Source: Burkholderiales bacterium | GTDB lineage: Bacteria; Pseudomonadota; Gammaproteobacteria; Burkholderiales; Burkholderiaceae_C | DNA length: 64,000 nucleotides | Direction: 5' to 3' | Assembly (NCBI GenBank): GCA_016213265.1 | Contig: JACRBA010000134.1 | Coordinates: 29,043 to 93,042, forward strand | In this document: piece by piece, positions 18,953 through 31,624 of the stretch | Layout: every line of letters starts with the position of its first letter | Numbering within the stretch: the first letter of the stretch is position 1 | Made by a program: the position numbers and the translations under genes | Notes under the pieces: model-generated | Databases searched by the model: none | What the model saw: the letters and a program-made list of their open reading frames with translations, nothing else | Told to the model about the DNA's origin: nothing

Positions 18953-20638
18953 TCACGCAGCCGGCGCCTCGAACGCCCCACCGATCTGCTTCGCCCGGCG
19001 AAGGTCGTCCGAGTGCAGGTACATGGACGTGGTCGACAAGGACGCGTGACGCAGGTTGTCTCGCACGGTGGTTAGTTCGGCCCCGCGCTGGAGCGCATGG
19101 GTCGCGTGCGTGTGGCGCATCCAGTGTGGCGTGGCTCGCCGCAGCTTCTCGGCCAGCGCCGGGTTCGTGTCACCGAGGACGTCGGCCGTCGTGGCGAAGA
19201 ATCTCTTCACGATTGCCCATAGCCGCTTGGGCGTGATGCCAGCCTCGCCCTCAAGGCCGCCGAGTAGCGGCGTGGCGGGGTTCCACTTCGCTGGCGTCAC
19301 GGGGAGGCCGCGCTGCGCAAGGTGCCTGTCCAGAACACCACGCGCCAGCCCAGGCAGCACCACCTTGCCGTCCTTGCTGCCTTTGCCGACCACGTGCAGC
19401 CAGTGATCGCCGTGCGCGTCGACCTCGATGGATCCAAGCGTGGCGTGCACCAGTTCGCCAGCACGCAGCCCCGTGCTGTAGCTGAAGTCGATGAGGAAGC
19501 GAAGCCTTTGGGCGGCGCTCGGCTGCCAACCGTACGACCACTCCAGCCCGTCGGCGACCGTCCTCACGAGCTTCCACTCACCCTCGGAAAATGATCTCGT
19601 CGTGTCCAGGGTCGCCTGCCTGACGCCGCGGACCTTGATGCCCGCGAAGGGGTTGGCCAACACGTACCGCTGCTCGATCAGCCACCGGAACATTGAGCTC
19701 AGCACGGACAGCGCATAGGCCCTGGAGCGCGTGGACAGCCCGCCGGCAAACGGCCGCCACTCTGCCGAGGCGCGTGGCGCCGCCGGCCCCACCCAACGCT
19801 GCCTCGGAGAAGGCTGTCGCAGGAAGGCCCGATACGCCACGGCATCCTCGGTGGCCAGCGAGGACAGTGCGACGCCGCGCTCGACGATGGCCCACAGGAT
19901 CAGCCGCTCGGCCTCCTTGCGGTAAGCCCGCTGCGTGGCTGGCGCTTCATGCAGCGACAGCCATGCCTGGACCGCCTCGTAGTCGTTGTTCGCCCTCAGG
20001 ACGCACGACGCGTGCGGCGCACGATGCAGGCCTATGGTGCCGTCGACCTCATGGGGCACGACGATCTTCTCCCAGGGAACCACATCCGATGGTGCGCTGG
20101 TGACCAGCAGCATGCGAGCACGGTCAGTCAGGTCTTCATGCGCAGCAAAGAACGCTTCGATCCGGCGTGCACCGGCCGCGCCGAGGCCGTTGATGCCCGC
20201 CCACCAACGCCTGCGGCGCGGTACTCGAAGCGTGAGGTCGGCCAAGGTCTTGATGCCGGCCTTGCGTAGCACTGCGGCGACTCGGGGCTCGAGCCAGTCG
20301 TCGACTCCGTCGCCGATCAGGGGGGCTGGAACGGGTGTGCTGCGGAGCTGTTCGACGGCGGCGGCCACAGCGCGAGCGGCCGCGGGGCTTTTGCGGGCAG
20401 GTCCGGTGAAGAGCTTGGCCAGGTCGTCCCGGTGGCGCGACCTGGCGAAGGTCGCGATTTCACGACGGATGGCCCCGATGACGCCGCGCGACGATTGGCC
20501 GGCCGCCCGAGCTGCTCCGAGGTACCGCGTCGCCGCATCCCTCGACGACAGACCCTCGTGCCAGGCCCGAAGTGCAGCAAGCGAAGCCGCGTCAGGCAGC
20601 GACAGCGGCGTTGCGGTTACAGACAAGGCAATTTCCAC
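18953..20638 (-). CDS. Tyrosine recombinase (phage integrase family), probable cointegrate resolvase
   Basis: Catalytic set TGLRAGE, GKGSK, HWMRH, LRHAS, SMYLH; N-terminal extension LRKAGIKTLADL. Confidence 0.9.
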   Translation of the reverse strand: MEIALSVTATPLSLPDAASLAALRAWHEGLSSRDAATRYLGAARAAGQSSRGVIGAIRREIATFARSRHRDDLAKLFTGPARKSPAAARAVAAAVEQLRSTPVPAPLIGDGVDDWLEPRVAAVLRKAGIKTLADLTLRVPRRRRWWAGINGLGAAGARRIEAFFAAHEDLTDRARMLLVTSAPSDVVPWEKIVVPHEVDGTIGLHRAPHASCVLRANNDYEAVQAWLSLHEAPATQRAYRKEAERLILWAIVERGVALSSLATEDAVAYRAFLRQPSPRQRWVGPAAPRASAEWRPFAGGLSTRSRAYALSVLSSMFRWLIEQRYVLANPFAGIKVRGVRQATLDTTRSFSEGEWKLVRTVADGLEWSYGWQPSAAQRLRFLIDFSYSTGLRAGELVHATLGSIEVDAHGDHWLHVVGKGSKDGKVVLPGLARGVLDRHLAQRGLPVTPAKWNPATPLLGGLEGEAGITPKRLWAIVKRFFATTADVLGDTNPALAEKLRRATPHWMRHTHATHALQRGAELTTVRDNLRHASLSTTSMYLHSDDLRRAKQIGGAFEAPAA

Positions 20639-20665
20639 GCAGTTTAGTTTACGCCTATGACACTG

Positions 20666-20695
20666 CTATGCCGCTAAGGTTAGTTATCGGCATAG
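20666..20695. promoter_or_regulatory. Candidate tyrosine-recombinase core (res) site
   Basis: CTATGCCGCTAA-ggttag-TTATCGGCATAG: 12-bp arms (11/12) with 6-bp spacer, just upstream of the recombinase start. Confidence 0.6.
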
Positions 20696-21027
20696 TGATG
20701 CCAAGCATGTTCGATTTCGGGCACGGCAGCACAAGCAGCTTCACCGTCAAGCCCTGGGTGGAGGAGCTCAAGGTGCGGCAGCTCGATGAGACTGTGCGAC
20801 CGATTCAACGTCACCGCAGTTTGATACCCCGCGGAGCCGGACCTGAACGTCGGCCACCTCGTGTGGACCGGCCGGCCATCGCTTGATTCTGATCGGCGGC
20901 ACGCGGCCACTTGCTGACATTGGGAGCGGCGCCAGTAAGCCGTCGGTCATCCTTGGCCGATCTCTGCTATGTTGTGTCATAGCCGACGTGGCCCTCACCG
21001 CTGCCGCGTGATGTCGAAGCAATCCTT

Positions 21028-21705
21028 TCAGGGGTTGGCATGACAGGTCTGCGAGCGCAATTCGGATCGCGGGCTTGTTGCGCCGGCGGCCGCCCCCGTC
21101 GTCAAAGAGTCAGCGATCAATTGGCCAACCCGGAATGCGTCCTCGACGCAGACGAGTTCCATCCGTTGGTGCACGGATCGCGGCGCGGCCGAGGTCGACG
21201 CATAGAAATTCACGTGACAACAGAACGAGCTGCGAATATTCGGCGCCGCTTCCAGCAGCGGTAGCGAGACGACGGCACTTGTCGGTTCAACGTCTCGAAG
21301 TCCCTCAGGCGTCACAGTCAAAGAAACCGAAAGCCCGGTTGCGGGACAACGTGAGAAGACCCGCGCAGTCTTGCCGATCATCCCCGGGAACATCAAGGCG
21401 TCGAGCGCGCACCAGGTGTAGAGACGTTGCCCGTCGACCTCGAATGCATGTGCTGTCTCGCGCAGGGTGATGCCGTAACCGATGACATTGCCATCGTCGT
21501 CATACTCTGTGCACGGTTCTTGTTCGAGCAGTGCCGTCAGTCGCTCGGCGGACCAGCCGAGTGTTGCCGCGAATGCGTCCCTTTGCACTGGGTGCCCTTT
21601 GACGAGCTCGCCCAGAAGCGCGACAAGCAGTTCTGCGCACCCCTCTGAACGCTCGGCCGGCATGAGGCGTGCAGCGACCTCGGTGGCATAGCTTGTCAGT
21701 TCCAT
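21028..21705 (-). CDS. merB: Organomercurial lyase
   Basis: LYTWCALD, SRCPATG, SSFCCHVNF motifs; downstream of merA. Confidence 0.93.
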   Translation of the reverse strand: MELTSYATEVAARLMPAERSEGCAELLVALLGELVKGHPVQRDAFAATLGWSAERLTALLEQEPCTEYDDDGNVIGYGITLRETAHAFEVDGQRLYTWCALDALMFPGMIGKTARVFSRCPATGLSVSLTVTPEGLRDVEPTSAVVSLPLLEAAPNIRSSFCCHVNFYASTSAAPRSVHQRMELVCVEDAFRVGQLIADSLTTGAAAGATSPRSELRSQTCHANP

Positions 21706-21750
21706 GGAGGTCTCATTGGGTCGATGCCATCGAGCCGCGTGTGGACTGTG

Positions 21751-23884
<2,134 letters not shown>

Positions 23885-23896
23885 GATCGGAGGGTC

Positions 23897-24175
23897 CTAC
23901 TGCTTGGCGGTCGATGGGTAGCCCGCGTCCGCGGTGGCCTTGGTCAGCGCCTGGACGTTGGTCTTGGCGTCATCGAACGACACGACGGCCTGCTTCTTCT
24001 CGAAGCTCACCTCGGTCTTGCTCACGCCCTGGACCTTGCTCAGCGATTGCTTGACGGTCAACGGGCAGGCGGCGCAGGTCATGCCCGGAACCGACAGCGT
24101 GACGGTCTGCATAGCAGCCCATGCGGGCGCGGCAAAGGCGGCGATCAGGGCGACCACGGGCAACAGCTTCTTCAT
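23897..24175 (-). CDS. merP: Periplasmic mercury-binding protein
   Basis: Signal peptide and GMTCAAC. Confidence 0.96.
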   Translation of the reverse strand: MKKLLPVVALIAAFAAPAWAAMQTVTLSVPGMTCAACPLTVKQSLSKVQGVSKTEVSFEKKQAVVSFDDAKTNVQALTKATADAGYPSTAKQ

Positions 24176-24187
24176 GATGGAATCCTT

Positions 24188-24547
24188 TCAGTAGAACAGG
24201 GGCAGTACATAGGGAAACGCGAGTGCGACGATGACGAGCGCGGCGACAATCCAGAACACGACTTGGTAGGCGCGCCGCACCTGCGGCACCGCGCAGACCT
24301 CACCGGGCTTGCAGTCCTGCGCCGGCCGAAAGATGCGTCGATAGGCGAAGAACATCGCGACCAGTGCCGCGCCGAGGAACAGCGGGCGATAGGGCTCCAG
24401 CGCCGTTAGATTGCCGATCCAGGCGCCGCTCACGCCCAGCGCCACGAGGACCAGGGGGCCGAGACAGCACGTCGAGGCGAGCAGCGCGGCAAGGCCGCCT
24501 GCAACGAGGGCGCCACGACCGCTTGTGGGTTCTGACATTACGCTCAT
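24188..24547 (-). CDS. merT: Mercury transporter
   Basis: [16 protein letters not shown]. Confidence 0.96.
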   Translation of the reverse strand: MSVMSEPTSGRGALVAGGLAALLASTCCLGPLVLVALGVSGAWIGNLTALEPYRPLFLGAALVAMFFAYRRIFRPAQDCKPGEVCAVPQVRRAYQVVFWIVAALVIVALAFPYVLPLFY

Positions 24548-24574
24548 CCTTTCAAGTCCTTTGGGAACCGCGTA

Positions 24575-24605
24575 ACCTTACTTCCGTACTTGTGTACGGA
24601 GTCAA
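24575..24605 (-). promoter_or_regulatory. mer promoter with MerR operator
   Basis: Minus strand TTGACT-19 bp-TAAGGT with dyad TCCGTAC-acaa-GTACGGA. Confidence 0.95.
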
Positions 24606-24610
24606 GCGGT

Positions 24611-25030
24611 ATGGGTATGCAGACTGATAACTTAAGCATTGGCGCCTTCGCCGAGGCTGCCGGCGTCAACGTGGAAACGATCCGGTTCTACCAGCGCAAA
24701 GGGCTACTGCCGGAACCGGACAGGCCGTACGGCAGCATCCGGCGCTACGGCGAGGCCGATGTCGCGCGTGTCCGGTTCGTCAAGTCAGCGCAGCGCCTCG
24801 GCTTTAGCCTAGACGAGGTTGATGGGCTGTTGACGTTGGACGACGGCGCGCACTGCGACGAGGCGCGCCACCTCGCCGAGCAGAAACTCATCGATGTGCG
24901 CTCCAAGTTGGCTGACCTGCTGCGCATCGAGTCGGTTCTGGCCACCTTGGTCGACGACTGCTGCGCGAGCCACGGCAGGGTGTCGTGCCCACTGATTGCA
25001 GCGCTTCAGGAACAGCCAACGCTCCCATGA
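24611..25030 (+). CDS. merR: Hg(II)-responsive regulator
   Basis: [31 protein letters not shown]; divergent from merT. Confidence 0.96.
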   Translation: MGMQTDNLSIGAFAEAAGVNVETIRFYQRKGLLPEPDRPYGSIRRYGEADVARVRFVKSAQRLGFSLDEVDGLLTLDDGAHCDEARHLAEQKLIDVRSKLADLLRIESVLATLVDDCCASHGRVSCPLIAALQEQPTLP

Positions 25031-25434
25031 CAGCCAAGCCATGGACGCAGATTCAGAACGAAGCTGCGACCCTCGATCTGCCGCAGCCCGAAAAAGCCTC
25101 GGGAGGCTGTTCATGGGCACCCAGGGCGGGGTGCGCGCAGATTCCGTGAATCCCCCCGAATCGAGCGTCTGCTTCTATTCGCTGCGTACTTCCGCAGTGG
25201 GTCGCTGGCCGGTGCACAGCGACCGACTGCGGATGGCGGCTGAGCCCCACATAGCCGACCCTCGGCGGCCCGTGTCAACAACCCATCGCCGACCGGTCGC
25301 ACGGCAAGGCCCATCATCGACCGCGCCCGGCAAATTGCAGACCCTCACGAGAGTCCACTGAATTTGCTCGTTCGCGGCGGCCATTCACAGACCCCTTCGT
25401 ACCCGTGCAATCGCATTGACAGGACTGCACTCAC

Positions 25435-26256
25435 ATGCAACGCTTCCCTCGCCATAACGCGAATTGGATCATCATGCATGTCAGGTTGTGGATGGCGGCA
25501 ATTTGGGACTCGGCGCCGAGCCGCCACATCGCTGTCGCGATGGCACTCGCACTGGGATCGCATGCCTTCGCCGCGGAACTGAAGGTGATTGCGCCCAACG
25601 CGGTGAAGGAGACCGTGACCGAGATCGCCAAGCGTTTCGAGCGCGAGTCGGAGCATCGCGTCGTGTTCACCTGGGCAGGGTCGGAGACCATTAGCAAGCG
25701 CACGGCTGAGGGCGAAGTGTTCGACGTTGTCATCAACGCCGCCCAGAACATCGACCGGGGTGCGACAGACGGCAAGCTGGTACCTGGCTCGCGCGCCGAC
25801 TTTGCGAAGTCAGGGATTGGCGTGGCGGTCCGCTCGGGGCTGCCGCGCCCAGACGTGTCGACCGTCGATGGGTTGCGCCAGGCCTTGATCAAGGCGAACT
25901 CGATCGCGATTTCGTCCGGCACCAGCGGCCGCTACCTTGAGTCGCTGTTCCGGCGGCTGGGCGTGGCTGAGCAGATCAAGTCGAAAATCGTCCAGCCACC
26001 ATCAGGCGCGCAGATCGGTGAATTCATTGCCCGGGGCGATGCCGAACTCGGGTTCCAGCAGGTAGCCGAGCTGCTGCATGCAAAAGGTGTGGAATTCCTC
26101 GGCGCACTTCCCCCCGGGGTCCAGAGTTACACCGTCTGGTCCGCCGGGCTGCATGGTTCTTCCACACAAGTTGAGGTCGCGCGCTCGTTCATTGCGGCAC
26201 TGAAGAGCGCGGAGTCGGCTGCGGCGATCAAGACGACCGGTATGGAGCCGATGTAG
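25435..26256 (+). CDS. ModA-like periplasmic substrate-binding protein (orphan); start uncertain, probably further downstream
   Basis: AELKVIAPNAVK..GIGVAVRSG..SGTSG..GFQQVAEL; no permease or ATPase adjacent. Confidence 0.8.
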   Translation: MQRFPRHNANWIIMHVRLWMAAIWDSAPSRHIAVAMALALGSHAFAAELKVIAPNAVKETVTEIAKRFERESEHRVVFTWAGSETISKRTAEGEVFDVVINAAQNIDRGATDGKLVPGSRADFAKSGIGVAVRSGLPRPDVSTVDGLRQALIKANSIAISSGTSGRYLESLFRRLGVAEQIKSKIVQPPSGAQIGEFIARGDAELGFQQVAELLHAKGVEFLGALPPGVQSYTVWSAGLHGSSTQVEVARSFIAALKSAESAAAIKTTGMEPM

Positions 26257-26493
26257 TTTCGCTGCTGAGGCGCGACTGTAAGTTCGCGGTCAGTCTCGAC
26301 AGCAGTCCTTCGGTGTGTTCGCATGGCGGCCCAACGTCAGCCGTCAGCGAGTTTGAGGGACAGGCAGCCCCCGGCCATCATCAGGCGGCCACGAGCGGCG
26401 GCTGTGATGTGATCCAAACGATTCATCGCACCGGCTGAATCCATCGAGCCTTATGCTGGCGCCCCGATTCGCATTTTTTGGCTGCGCGACCGA

Positions 26494-27153
26494 ATGTCCA
26501 GATTCACCCAGACCCAGATCAACACCCTGTACGAAGTGATCGCAGCACGCCGCGACATGCGGCACTTCCGCAGTGACCCGCTCGACGAGGCGCTCATGAC
26601 GCGCCTGCTCGATGCGGCTCACTGTGCCCCCAGCGTGGGCTACATGCAGCCGTGGCGTTTCATTCGCGTGAGGTCCGTCGAAGTGCGCCGCAAAATGTTG
26701 GCGCTCGTCGAAGCAGAACGGGTCGAAACAGCGAACGCGCTCGGCGAACGGCAACATGAGTTTCTCAGGCTCAAGGTCGAGGGGATGCGTGAATGCGCGG
26801 AGATTCTCGTCGCCGCACTCTGCGACAAACGCGAGCAGCATGTCTTCGGGCGGCGCACGATGCCTGACATGGATCTCGCTTCGGTCGCCTGCGCGATTCA
26901 AAACATATGGCTTGCCGCGCGCGTAGAGGATGTCGGCATGGGCTGGGTCTCGATGTTCGATCCCGAGGCATTGCGGGACTTGCTCCGGATGCCGTCAGGC
27001 AGCCGCCCCGTGGCCATCCTCTGCCTGGGGCGAGTCGACGAGTTCTATCCCCGGCCCATGCTGGAGACACAGCAATGGCGGACTCGCGCCGATCTCGCGA
27101 GCCTGGTTTTCGATGACTACTGGCGAATGGACGACAACGAACATGTCGACTGA
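26494..27153 (+). CDS. bluB: 5,6-dimethylbenzimidazole synthase
   Basis: RRDMRHF, APSVGYMQPWRF, SVACAIQNIWLAAR..GMGWVS. Confidence 0.95.
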   Translation: MSRFTQTQINTLYEVIAARRDMRHFRSDPLDEALMTRLLDAAHCAPSVGYMQPWRFIRVRSVEVRRKMLALVEAERVETANALGERQHEFLRLKVEGMRECAEILVAALCDKREQHVFGRRTMPDMDLASVACAIQNIWLAARVEDVGMGWVSMFDPEALRDLLRMPSGSRPVAILCLGRVDEFYPRPMLETQQWRTRADLASLVFDDYWRMDDNEHVD

Positions 27154-27193
27154 ACATTCGCTGTGCGCCGTCCAGCCATTGCGTGTGGGTCGC

Positions 27194-27585
27194 TCACGCG
27201 CAATGGTGGCCGCGGGGCTGTCGCATCCTCTGTGCGGTAGCCAGGGTCGCCTGCGCCTGGGCGAGGTCATCTGGTGCGCCGAGCGGGTGTTGCAGATCGG
27301 CGATGCCAAATAGGCGATTCGCCAGTTGCGGCTTGTCCACGCGCAGGGCGAGGCGCCCGGCTGCCAGCACATGGTCTGCCGGCGTGGAGTCGGGCAACAG
27401 AGCCATCCCGAACCCACCGGGCGGCCAGCGTCCAGGCAGGCCTTGGCCACCGCAAGGAGCTGCGTGGCATTCCTGGCGAACGCCCCCGGCCTGACCATCA
27501 AGGCGCGTCGCTGTTCTGCGGCCTGGATCTTGCCGTCTGCGAGCACGGTCTCGATGGAACGGCGGGCGATGGCAGGCCCGGTCAT
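27194..27585 (-). pseudogene. Possible frameshifted remnant of an unknown helical protein
   Basis: Two overlapping Ala/Leu-rich frames directly after cobF. Confidence 0.25.
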
Positions 27586-27598
27586 GGATCCGCCCAGC

Positions 27599-28387
27599 TC
27601 ATTTACCCGAGACGCGGGCGGGTGAAGCGAACTCGACACCCCGGCGCAGCAGGTAGATGTCCATGATCCAGCCCTGTTCGGCACGGGCCGCTGCGCGAGC
27701 CTCCAGTATGAGCTCGCCGGTGGTGGCCAGCGGCCCTGCCAGGAGCAACTGCTGCGGCATGCCGAGGTAGGCGCCCCAGTAGATGTGCAGGCCCTCGGGC
27801 GCAAGCCTCTGGAAGGAACAGGTGCCGTCGAGCATCACCACCACCGTGTCCACGCCTGCCGGCCAGCCGCCATCACGCAACTGGCGTCCGGTGGTGATCA
27901 GCACCGGCGCAGCCAGCGTGTTGAGCGGGATGGCGTGTGCGGCGGTCAGCAGTTGCAGGCTGGTCAGGCCGGGGATCACCTCGACGCGCAGCGCCAGTCC
28001 ATCGGCCCGCAGGCGCTCGGCGATGCGCAGGCTGGAGTCGTAGAGCGACGGATCGCCCCAGACCAGCAGCGCCACGCGTCCGCCTTGTGGCTGGTGTGCG
28101 GCGATCAATTGCGCCCAGGTCGCGGCAATCGCGGCGTGCCAGTCGTGGACGCCATCGAGGTAGGTGGCCGCCTCGGCGTCGCGCACGGGCAGGTCGAACT
28201 CGACGACCCGAGCCGGCCCGGTGAGGTGAGTCGCACAGACCGTGCGCCGCAGGTCGGCGAGGTCGGCCTTGTTGGCGCCCTTTCGCGGGATCAGGATCAG
28301 GTCGGCGCGGTTCAGCGCGCCGATGGCCTGCAGCGTCAGATGCTCGGGGTGTCCGGTGCCGATACCAATCAGCAGCAGGTCGATCAT
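27599..28387 (-). CDS. cobF: Precorrin-6A synthase (deacetylating)
   Basis: LIGIGTGHPEHLT, WGDPSLYDS, GWIMDIYLL. Confidence 0.95.
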   Translation of the reverse strand: MIDLLLIGIGTGHPEHLTLQAIGALNRADLILIPRKGANKADLADLRRTVCATHLTGPARVVEFDLPVRDAEAATYLDGVHDWHAAIAATWAQLIAAHQPQGGRVALLVWGDPSLYDSSLRIAERLRADGLALRVEVIPGLTSLQLLTAAHAIPLNTLAAPVLITTGRQLRDGGWPAGVDTVVVMLDGTCSFQRLAPEGLHIYWGAYLGMPQQLLLAGPLATTGELILEARAAARAEQGWIMDIYLLRRGVEFASPARVSGK

Positions 28388-28420
28388 CGGCAGGGCATGC
28401 ATTGGCGACCCGCGCCGAGA

Positions 28421-29107
28421 TCAGGCTGCGCGGTGCAGTCGCGGCGTCACGAGCACCGTGCTCCCCAGCCCGGGGAGCCCGTGCAGCGCCTTGGCCCCGG
28501 CCAACGCGGCCAGGTCGATCAGCGGCTCCAGCAGCACGACCGTCATGTAGGCCAGCCCGAAGCTCCCCACGCCTTGCAGAGTCTCTGCACCGAAGCCGCG
28601 GCCGAAGATCGTCCAGAAGGCCACCCAGGCGACGATACCGCCCTGGAACACCACCGACATCTTGAGCACATGCGAGTAGCCCAGGTCGACATACGGAATG
28701 TTCGCCGGCAGCACCCGCTTGGCCACGGCTTGCATGACGAAGAGCGCGGCCAGCAGCGTGGTCACGTTCATGCCGTATTGCGGCAAGTCCTGCGGCTCGA
28801 AGAACAGCCCCTGGACAGCCAGCCCCACCGTCAGGCCGACGGCCGTCGGCGCCGCGCCTAGTAACAGGAACAGTGACGAACCGAGGATCAGATGCACCTC
28901 GGACACGCCGACAGGCACGTGCGGGAAGACCTCGAAGAAGACGAATACGAGCGTGGCGGCGATCACGCTGCGCAGCAGGAGCGAGACCGCTCCCTCCTGG
29001 CGGATGTGGGCCAGGGACAGCCGGCCCGCGTAGAGCGCGCAGGCAGTGGCTGTTGCGTAGGAGAGCACGGTCTTCGTGCCATCCACGATTCCGGGTTCCA
29101 TGTGCAT
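28421..29107 (-). CDS. cbiM: CbiM-like ECF cobalt transporter S component
   Basis: MHMEPG N-terminus, PVGVSEVHLILG, multiple TM helices. Confidence 0.85.
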   Translation of the reverse strand: MHMEPGIVDGTKTVLSYATATACALYAGRLSLAHIRQEGAVSLLLRSVIAATLVFVFFEVFPHVPVGVSEVHLILGSSLFLLLGAAPTAVGLTVGLAVQGLFFEPQDLPQYGMNVTTLLAALFVMQAVAKRVLPANIPYVDLGYSHVLKMSVVFQGGIVAWVAFWTIFGRGFGAETLQGVGSFGLAYMTVVLLEPLIDLAALAGAKALHGLPGLGSTVLVTPRLHRAA

Positions 29108-29220
29108 GGTGCAGTTTCCTTGGGCGTGGGGCACCAGCGTGTGGTGCCGGGTTGGGGATCGGAGGTTGGGTAGTCTTCTGAGCTTGCTGAGAGGGAGGTC
29201 ATGCAAGGTTGGCCGCGTGG

Positions 29221-30000
29221 TCAGGCGCGCGGCGAGCCGTCGGACGCTGTGGTCGGCCTGAAGCGCCGTTCGTAGTCGCTTGCGTACAGGCGGCTTTCGG
29301 CAAAGCCCTCGGCGGCCAGCGCGGGTCCGACGAGGATCAGTGCCGTGCGCTCCACGCCATTGCCCATTGCGGCCTCGATGGTGGCCAGCGTGCCACGGAC
29401 GATCTGCTCATCGGGCCAGCTCGCGCGGTAGACCACGGCGACCGGGCACGCGGCACCGTAGGTCGGTGTCAACTCGGCCACCACCTCGGCGAGCCTGTGG
29501 ATCGACAGGTGCACGGCCAGCGTGGCCCCGGTCGCAGCAAACCGGGCCAGGCTTTCGCCGGGCGGCATCGGCGAGGCGCGCCCCGACGTGCGCGTCAGCA
29601 CCACCGATTGCGCGAGGCCGGGCAGCGTGAGTTCCGCGCCGAGCGCCGCCGCCGCTGCGGCAAAAGATGGAACGCCGGGAGTGACGGTGTACGGGATGCC
29701 GGCCGCACGCAAGCGGCGCAGTTGCTCGCCCATCGCCGACCACACCGAGAGGTCGCCCGAATGCAGTCGTGCCACGTCTTTCCCGGCCGCGTGGGCGGCA
29801 GCCATCTCGGCGACGATCATGTCGAGATCGAGCGGCGCGGTGTTGACGATGCGCGCGCCGGGTGGGCAATGGGCGAGGATCTCTTCGGGCACCAGCGAGC
29901 CGGCGTACAGGCACACCGGGCAGCGGGCGATCAGGTCGCGCCCGCGCAGGGTCAGCAGGTCGGGCGCGCCGGGGCCGGCGCCGATGAAGTGGATGGTCAT
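29221..30000 (-). CDS. cobM: Precorrin-4 C11-methyltransferase
   Basis: [26 protein letters not shown]. Confidence 0.96.
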   Translation of the reverse strand: MTIHFIGAGPGAPDLLTLRGRDLIARCPVCLYAGSLVPEEILAHCPPGARIVNTAPLDLDMIVAEMAAAHAAGKDVARLHSGDLSVWSAMGEQLRRLRAAGIPYTVTPGVPSFAAAAAALGAELTLPGLAQSVVLTRTSGRASPMPPGESLARFAATGATLAVHLSIHRLAEVVAELTPTYGAACPVAVVYRASWPDEQIVRGTLATIEAAMGNGVERTALILVGPALAAEGFAESRLYASDYERRFRPTTASDGSPRA

Positions 30001-30416
30001 GGGCGAGTCCTCGAGTGGGGTGCCAGAGTGGCAATGGCGCAGGTGGCCAGGCGATCGGTCGACACCGAGCGCGGGTGCAATAGCTTCGCGGCCGGCCCGC
30101 CATGCTTCAGGGCGACGGCCAGTGCCGCTGCTTCGGCCGTGCTGCCGGTGCCTCGCAGCGCGCGCACGGCGGTGCTGTCGGTCAAGGTGGGGGTGGCTGC
30201 AACTTGCGCCGGCGCAACAACGCACAGGGGCAGGCCGAGGTCTGTGGCCAAGGCGCGCAGGCAGGGGGCTTCGGCCTTGTCTTGCGCAGCAGCGAGCAAT
30301 GTGACGGCGTGCGGTGACGTAGTTGCGGGCTGCGCGAGCTCGAGCGCTTGGGCCAACGCATCCCGCAGTGAGGCCAGCGTCGCGCCCCTTCGAAACCCGA
30401 ACCCGGCCACCATCAT
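29997..30416 (-). CDS. cobE: CobE/CbiG C-terminal-like protein
   Basis: [25 protein letters not shown]. Confidence 0.85.
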   Translation of the reverse strand: MMVAGFGFRRGATLASLRDALAQALELAQPATTSPHAVTLLAAAQDKAEAPCLRALATDLGLPLCVVAPAQVAATPTLTDSTAVRALRGTGSTAEAAALAVALKHGGPAAKLLHPRSVSTDRLATCAIATLAPHSRTRP

Positions 30417-31624
30417 CGCGTCACGCTCCACTGCACGATCGGGTAGGCGGCGCGCCAGCCGCGCCGTGTGCCCAGTGGCGCGGCCTCTGACAGTTCGAAG
30501 CGAAGCAGGCTGCCGCCCGCGCTCCCCTGCCATGCGGTCAACAGCGCTTCAGACTCCAGCGTCACCGCATGGACGACCACCCGGCAGCCTGCCGGGAGCG
30601 CTTGCCACAGATGCCGCAGGAGTTCATCGCCGAGCCCGCCGCCGATGAATACCGCATCGGGCGCAGGAAGGCCCGCCAAAGCCCCGGGCGCGGTGCCGGT
30701 CACCAGCACCAGCCGATCGACGCCCAAGCGGTCGGCGTTGCTACGCAGTCGCGCCGCACGTACCGGGTCGGCCTCGATGGCCACGGCCTCACATCGGGGG
30801 TGCGCCAGCAGCCATTCGATACCCACCGACCCCGAACCCGCGCCGATGTCCCACAGCCGCTCGCCGGGGCGCGGTGCCAGGGCGCACAGCGCCAAGGCCC
30901 GCACACGTTGCTTGGTGATCTGGCCGTCGTGCGCAAAAACGATATCGGGCAGACCCGCGCTGCGCGGCAAGGCCAGACCCGTTCCGGCGACCTGCAAGGC
31001 GACGGCCACCGGGTGGCGCACATCGGTCAGGTCGAAGGTGGAGGCGACCGCGTCGCGCCGGCGCTCGTGCGGTCCGCCCAGTGCTTCGAGCACGCTCATC
31101 CCGCTGGCACCGAAATCGGCGTCCACGAGGTAGCGTGCCAGCTCGGCCACCGCCGCGCCGTCACGCAGCAGCACCAGCAGTCGCGCGTCCTTGCACAGAT
31201 GCGGGCGCAGGCGCGCCAGCGGCGCGGCGTGCAGGCCGAGGCAGGTGACGTGTTCCAGCGCCCAGCCCAAGCGCGCGGCGGCCAGGCCGAAGGTTGATGG
31301 CGCGGGCAGCGCGTGCCACTCGTGCGCGGCGAGGTGGCGCGTCACCGAGGTGCCGGCGCCATACCAGAACGGATCGCCGGAGGCCAGCATCGCCATGCGG
31401 CGCCCGCGCTGTGCCAGTAGCATCGGGATGCCATCGGCGAATGGCACGGGCCATTCGAGTCGCTCGGCGCGGAGGTTTGGCAACAGCGCCAGATGGCGGG
31501 CGCTGCCTGCGACCACCTCGGCCGCGTCGAGCGCAGCGCGGCTGGCGGGCGGCAGGCCGTGCGGGCCGTCTTCGCCCAGCCCGATGATCGTCAACCAAGG
31601 TGCCTGACCATTGAACTCAGCCAT
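30413..31624 (-). CDS. cobL: Precorrin-6Y C5,15-methyltransferase (CbiE/CbiT fusion)
   Basis: [38 protein letters not shown]. Confidence 0.95.
   Translation of the reverse strand: MAEFNGQAPWLTIIGLGEDGPHGLPPASRAALDAAEVVAGSARHLALLPNLRAERLEWPVPFADGIPMLLAQRGRRMAMLASGDPFWYGAGTSVTRHLAAHEWHALPAPSTFGLAAARLGWALEHVTCLGLHAAPLARLRPHLCKDARLLVLLRDGAAVAELARYLVDADFGASGMSVLEALGGPHERRRDAVASTFDLTDVRHPVAVALQVAGTGLALPRSAGLPDIVFAHDGQITKQRVRALALCALAPRPGERLWDIGAGSGSVGIEWLLAHPRCEAVAIEADPVRAARLRSNADRLGVDRLVLVTGTAPGALAGLPAPDAVFIGGGLGDELLRHLWQALPAGCRVVVHAVTLESEALLTAWQGSAGGSLLRFELSEAAPLGTRRGWRAAYPIVQWSVTR

Noticed and set aside
20698-20886. Short ORF where a divergent tnpT would lie
   Set aside because: No coiled-coil or KfrA-like features; cannot be supported
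29108-29220. Possible second cobalamin riboswitch before cbiM
   Set aside because: Only a TCAGAAGAC-like tail is present; the GGGAA and GCCCCCGC core elements are missing
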